64,000 nucleotides of DNA, taken from positions 384,001 through 448,000 of the forward strand of contig CAVZQC010000004.1 in the NCBI GenBank assembly GCA_963777315.1, in the 5' to 3' direction. Below are positions 61,927 to 64,000 of this stretch, piece after piece (the stretch's first letter is position 1; each line of letters starts with the position of its first letter). Under the pieces are notes generated by a model. It did no database searches. It was not told where the DNA came from and saw only the letters and a list, made by a program, of their open reading frames with translations. Origin of the DNA: Vulcanimicrobiota bacterium (GTDB taxonomy: Bacteria; Vulcanimicrobiota; Vulcanimicrobiia; Vulcanimicrobiales; Vulcanimicrobiaceae). The position numbers and the translations under genes are program-made.

Positions 61927-63081
61927 GTGTTTCGCTATTTGACCGCGGGCGAATCGCATGGTCCCGCGCTGGTCGGCATTCTGGATGGAGTGCCCGCCGG
62001 GCTGCGGCTGGACCTCGAGCGAATCAACGAAACGCTGCGGGCCAGGCAAGGCGGCCACGGGCGGGGTGCGCGCATGAACGTTGAGCGCGACGCCGTCGAC
62101 TTTCTGGCCGGCGTGCGAGGATCCCAAACGCTGGGATCGCCGATTGCAGCGTCGATCAAAAATCGCGATTTCGAAAACGTGCGCGAGCTGATGGATCCCG
62201 TCACCGGTTCCGGCGCGCCGCTGACCAACCCGCGACCGGGTCATGCCGACTATGCCGGCGCACTCAAATATCGCCACCGCGATCTGCGCAACGTACTGGA
62301 GCGAGCCAGTGCGCGAGAGACCGCGATGCGCGTGTGCTTGGGCGCGATTTGCGCGCAGTTTCTCGAGGCGCTGGGAATTACGACGCGTTCCTACGTGCAC
62401 CGCATCGGGTCTATCGAAGCGCCGCAGTTCGACCACTTTTCGCAGGCGGACGTCGACGCGAGCGAGGTCCGTTGCCCCGACGCGGCAACCTCGCGCGCGA
62501 TGGTCGAAGCGATCGATGCCGCGAAAGCAGCCGGCGATACGTTGGGAGGCCAATACGTCGTTCGCGTGGACGGCATACCGGCAGGCGTGGGCAGTAATCG
62601 CCAGCCCGACACGCGTCTGGACGGCGTTCTCGCGGGCGCGCTCATGGGCATGCAGACCGTTAAGGCGGTCGAAGTCGGCTTGGGCGCGCAAGCCGCATCG
62701 CGTTCGGGCTCTGCCGCGCACGACACGTTCGCTCTGGAGCGCAACGAGGTTGTGCGTGGGAGCAATCGCGCGGGCGGCATCGAGGGTGGAATCAGCAACG
62801 GACAGCCGATCGTTTTGCGCGCGAGCGTCAAACCGATTCCAACGCTGATGAAGGCGCTGCCTTCGGTCAACCTGCACGAAAGAACGAACGCGCGCGCTTC
62901 CATCGTGCGCAGCGACGTGTGCGTGGTTCCGGCTGCAGGCATCGTCGGTGAGGCCATGGTGCGGCTTGCTCTCATGGCCCCCGTGCTCGAAAAGTACGGT
63001 GGCGATTCGATGGAGGAAACCCTGGACAATTTTCGCCGCAGCACTCAAGCGTCGGCCGCGCTGTTTTCGGGGGCGGAATAA
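61927..63081 (+). CDS. aroC: chorismate synthase
   Basis: TAGESHG, RPGHAD, ERASARETA, GGIEGGISNG and KPIPT. Confidence 0.97.
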   Translation: MFRYLTAGESHGPALVGILDGVPAGLRLDLERINETLRARQGGHGRGARMNVERDAVDFLAGVRGSQTLGSPIAASIKNRDFENVRELMDPVTGSGAPLTNPRPGHADYAGALKYRHRDLRNVLERASARETAMRVCLGAICAQFLEALGITTRSYVHRIGSIEAPQFDHFSQADVDASEVRCPDAATSRAMVEAIDAAKAAGDTLGGQYVVRVDGIPAGVGSNRQPDTRLDGVLAGALMGMQTVKAVEVGLGAQAASRSGSAAHDTFALERNEVVRGSNRAGGIEGGISNGQPIVLRASVKPIPTLMKALPSVNLHERTNARASIVRSDVCVVPAAGIVGEAMVRLALMAPVLEKYGGDSMEETLDNFRRSTQASAALFSGAE

Positions 63082-63605
63082 TGCGAAAGCACTTGGCGCT
63101 CACGGGCTTCATGGCCGCCGGGAAATCGACGATCGGCAAACGCCTTGCCCGCAAGCTCGGCGTACGGTTCTACGACATCGACGATATCGTCGTGCAGTCG
63201 CACGGTCCCATCAGCGACATCTTCTATGCGCAAGGCGAAGCGCGGTTTCGCTCGTACGAATATGACGCAATCGAAAACGTCATCGAGCACGAAGCCGCCG
63301 GCGTCATTGCGCTCGGAGGCGGTGCGGTGACCTTCGAAGACACGCTCAAACTGCTCAAGAAACGCACGTATCGCGTGTTCGTCAAGGTTGCGCCCGAGCA
63401 GATTCTGGGACGACTGCGCCGCAGCAAGCTCGTGCGTCCGCTCATCGGCCCGACCCCGTCGCTTTCCAAGATCAAGGAATTGTACGCCAAGCGCATGCCG
63501 CAGTACTCGCACGCCGATTTGGTGGTCGAAGCGCAGGATCTGAGCACCGCGCAGATCGTCGAACAAATCCTGGAGTGGCTGCAGCGCAAGAACATCGAGC
63601 TGTGA
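63081..63605 (+). CDS. aroK: shikimate kinase
   Basis: GFMAAGKST P-loop, GEARFR, LGGG and RPL. Confidence 0.95.
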   Translation: MRKHLALTGFMAAGKSTIGKRLARKLGVRFYDIDDIVVQSHGPISDIFYAQGEARFRSYEYDAIENVIEHEAAGVIALGGGAVTFEDTLKLLKKRTYRVFVKVAPEQILGRLRRSKLVRPLIGPTPSLSKIKELYAKRMPQYSHADLVVEAQDLSTAQIVEQILEWLQRKNIEL

Positions 63606-64000
63606 TCTGCGTTCGGCGATCGGTGCGCGAGCCGCTGCACCGGTTCGTGCGCGAGCATGCGGTCGAGCGATGCATCATACTGTGCGACAGCAATGTCGCA
63701 GGACAAGCCCACGCCGTGACGCAGGGGCTGCGCGGCCGCATCGGCATGTTGTCCTTTCGATTGGGAGAGGGCCGCAAAACGCTTGGAACAGCGGCGGAAG
63801 TGCTCGAGGCGCTCGCGCGCGCGGGAACGGATCGCCGCACGACGGTCGTGGGCGTGGGCGGCGGCGTGGCCGGCGATCTGTTCGGTTTTGCCGCATCGAC
63901 CTTTATGCGCGGCGTTCCGTATATTCACGTGGCTACCAGCCTGGTCGCCATGGCCGATGCCGCCATCGGCGCAAAGACCGGCGTGAACTTGCCCGCAGGC
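63602..64000 (+). CDS. aroB: 3-dehydroquinate synthase, N-terminal part (runs off window)
   Basis: Manual translation gives GEGRKT, DRRT..VGVGGGVAGDLFGFAASTFMRG, TSLVAMADAAIGAKTGVN. Confidence 0.95.
   Translation, partial: MICVRRSVREPLHRFVREHAVERCIILCDSNVAGQAHAVTQGLRGRIGMLSFRLGEGRKTLGTAAEVLEALARAGTDRRTTVVGVGGGVAGDLFGFAASTFMRGVPYIHVATSLVAMADAAIGAKTGVNLPAG

Noticed and set aside
61159..63048. Long antisense or alternate-frame ORFs (also 5782..7191, 34533..35774, 36480..37730, 49655..50965)
   Set aside because: Shadows of well-supported genes, expected in high-GC DNA; no recognisable motifs.

Overview
GC-rich bacterial chromosomal window; gene content and 16S style suggest Ca. Eremiobacterota/WPS-2 (inference, no search run). 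In order: 3' end of rplQ, trpDCFBA, lhgO, P5C dehydrogenase, a kinase, a VOC/CGNR divergon, a complete rRNA operon (16S, ITS with no intact tRNA, 23S, 5S), envelope and metabolic genes (PPi-PFK, pckA, sdhAB with an HdrB-like anchor, GAF-GGDEF), dnaE-Cof-ftsQ, a chemoreceptor between ftsQ and ftsAZ, a type IV pilus operon, and aroC-aroK-aroB (partial). Highlights: (1) the 23S gene is about 3.75 kb and carries two ORF-less group I introns, one at L1931 and one at L2473 in helix 89 (a site I do not recognise), plus a 174-nt structured insert at H54 and an extended H45; (2) the pilus operon embeds a SigB/F-type sigma factor, a CcdA-like redox membrane protein and a TPR-like protein; (3) a 147-nt, possibly switchable structured RNA lies upstream of the chemoreceptor. 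Seven apparent frameshifts, one in dnaE, most likely reflect assembly indel errors. No CRISPR array, IS or prophage was seen.
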